From assembly GCA_026983525.1 (NCBI GenBank), contig JALWHQ010000439.1:1-34658 (forward strand): a stretch of 34,658 nt of DNA, given 5' to 3'. This document shows, piece after piece, positions 34,643 through 34,658 of the stretch. Numbering within the stretch: position 1 is the stretch's first letter; every line of letters begins with the position of its first letter. Origin of the DNA: Anaerolineae bacterium. Its GTDB lineage: Bacteria; Chloroflexota; Anaerolineae; JAADDB01. The position numbers and the translations under genes are program-made. Under the pieces are notes generated by a model that saw only the letters and a program-made list of their open reading frames with translations, ran no database searches and had not been told where the DNA came from.

Positions 34643-34658
34643 TCTAACATACGTGGGG

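Overview
GC-rich bacterial DNA that looks like Chloroflexota (Anaerolineae-like). This is inferred from gene content, PTPT linkers, C-terminal [YFW]LP tails and heptamer intergenic repeats. Housekeeping genes flank the window. On the left are the 3' end of an AmmeMemoRadiSam radical SAM gene, a UbiD decarboxylase, SanA/YdcF, and a SAM-I riboswitch controlling a Cys/Met PLP enzyme plus aspartate kinase. On the right are tRNA-Lys(CTT), coaBC, an HD protein, GH5-like and GH31 glycosidases, an SH3 lipoprotein, a HEPN/MNT plus nucleotidyltransferase TA cluster, and RarA. Between them, about 7.3-22.5 kb on the minus strand, lies an accessory block downstream of the tRNA 3' end. It holds a 1068-aa STAND-NTPase/TPR/SARP-BTAD regulator, two translationally coupled small genes, five tandem secreted beta-propeller proteins that all end in a [YFW][LM]Pxxxx tail, and a YLATT-like 3-TM/wHTH protein. 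The best candidate for an undescribed system is this block as a regulon. Three of its promoters share an identically spaced box (TTGTT-N3-ACTTTGTT-N10-TGCTAT): an 11-bp-period direct repeat over -35 plus an extended -10, the layout expected for a SARP/BTAD activator. Other notable signals are a Cys-X47/48-Cys 7x7-residue 'belt' after the 7-blade propellers, a paralogue collapsed to one blade, a 75-bp palindrome inserted in frame in rarA, an apparent antitoxin-nucleotidyltransferase fusion, a decayed PIN toxin-antitoxin pair, and a SAM-I riboswitch with a long P3 insertion. All family calls come from motif recognition by eye; no database searches were run.
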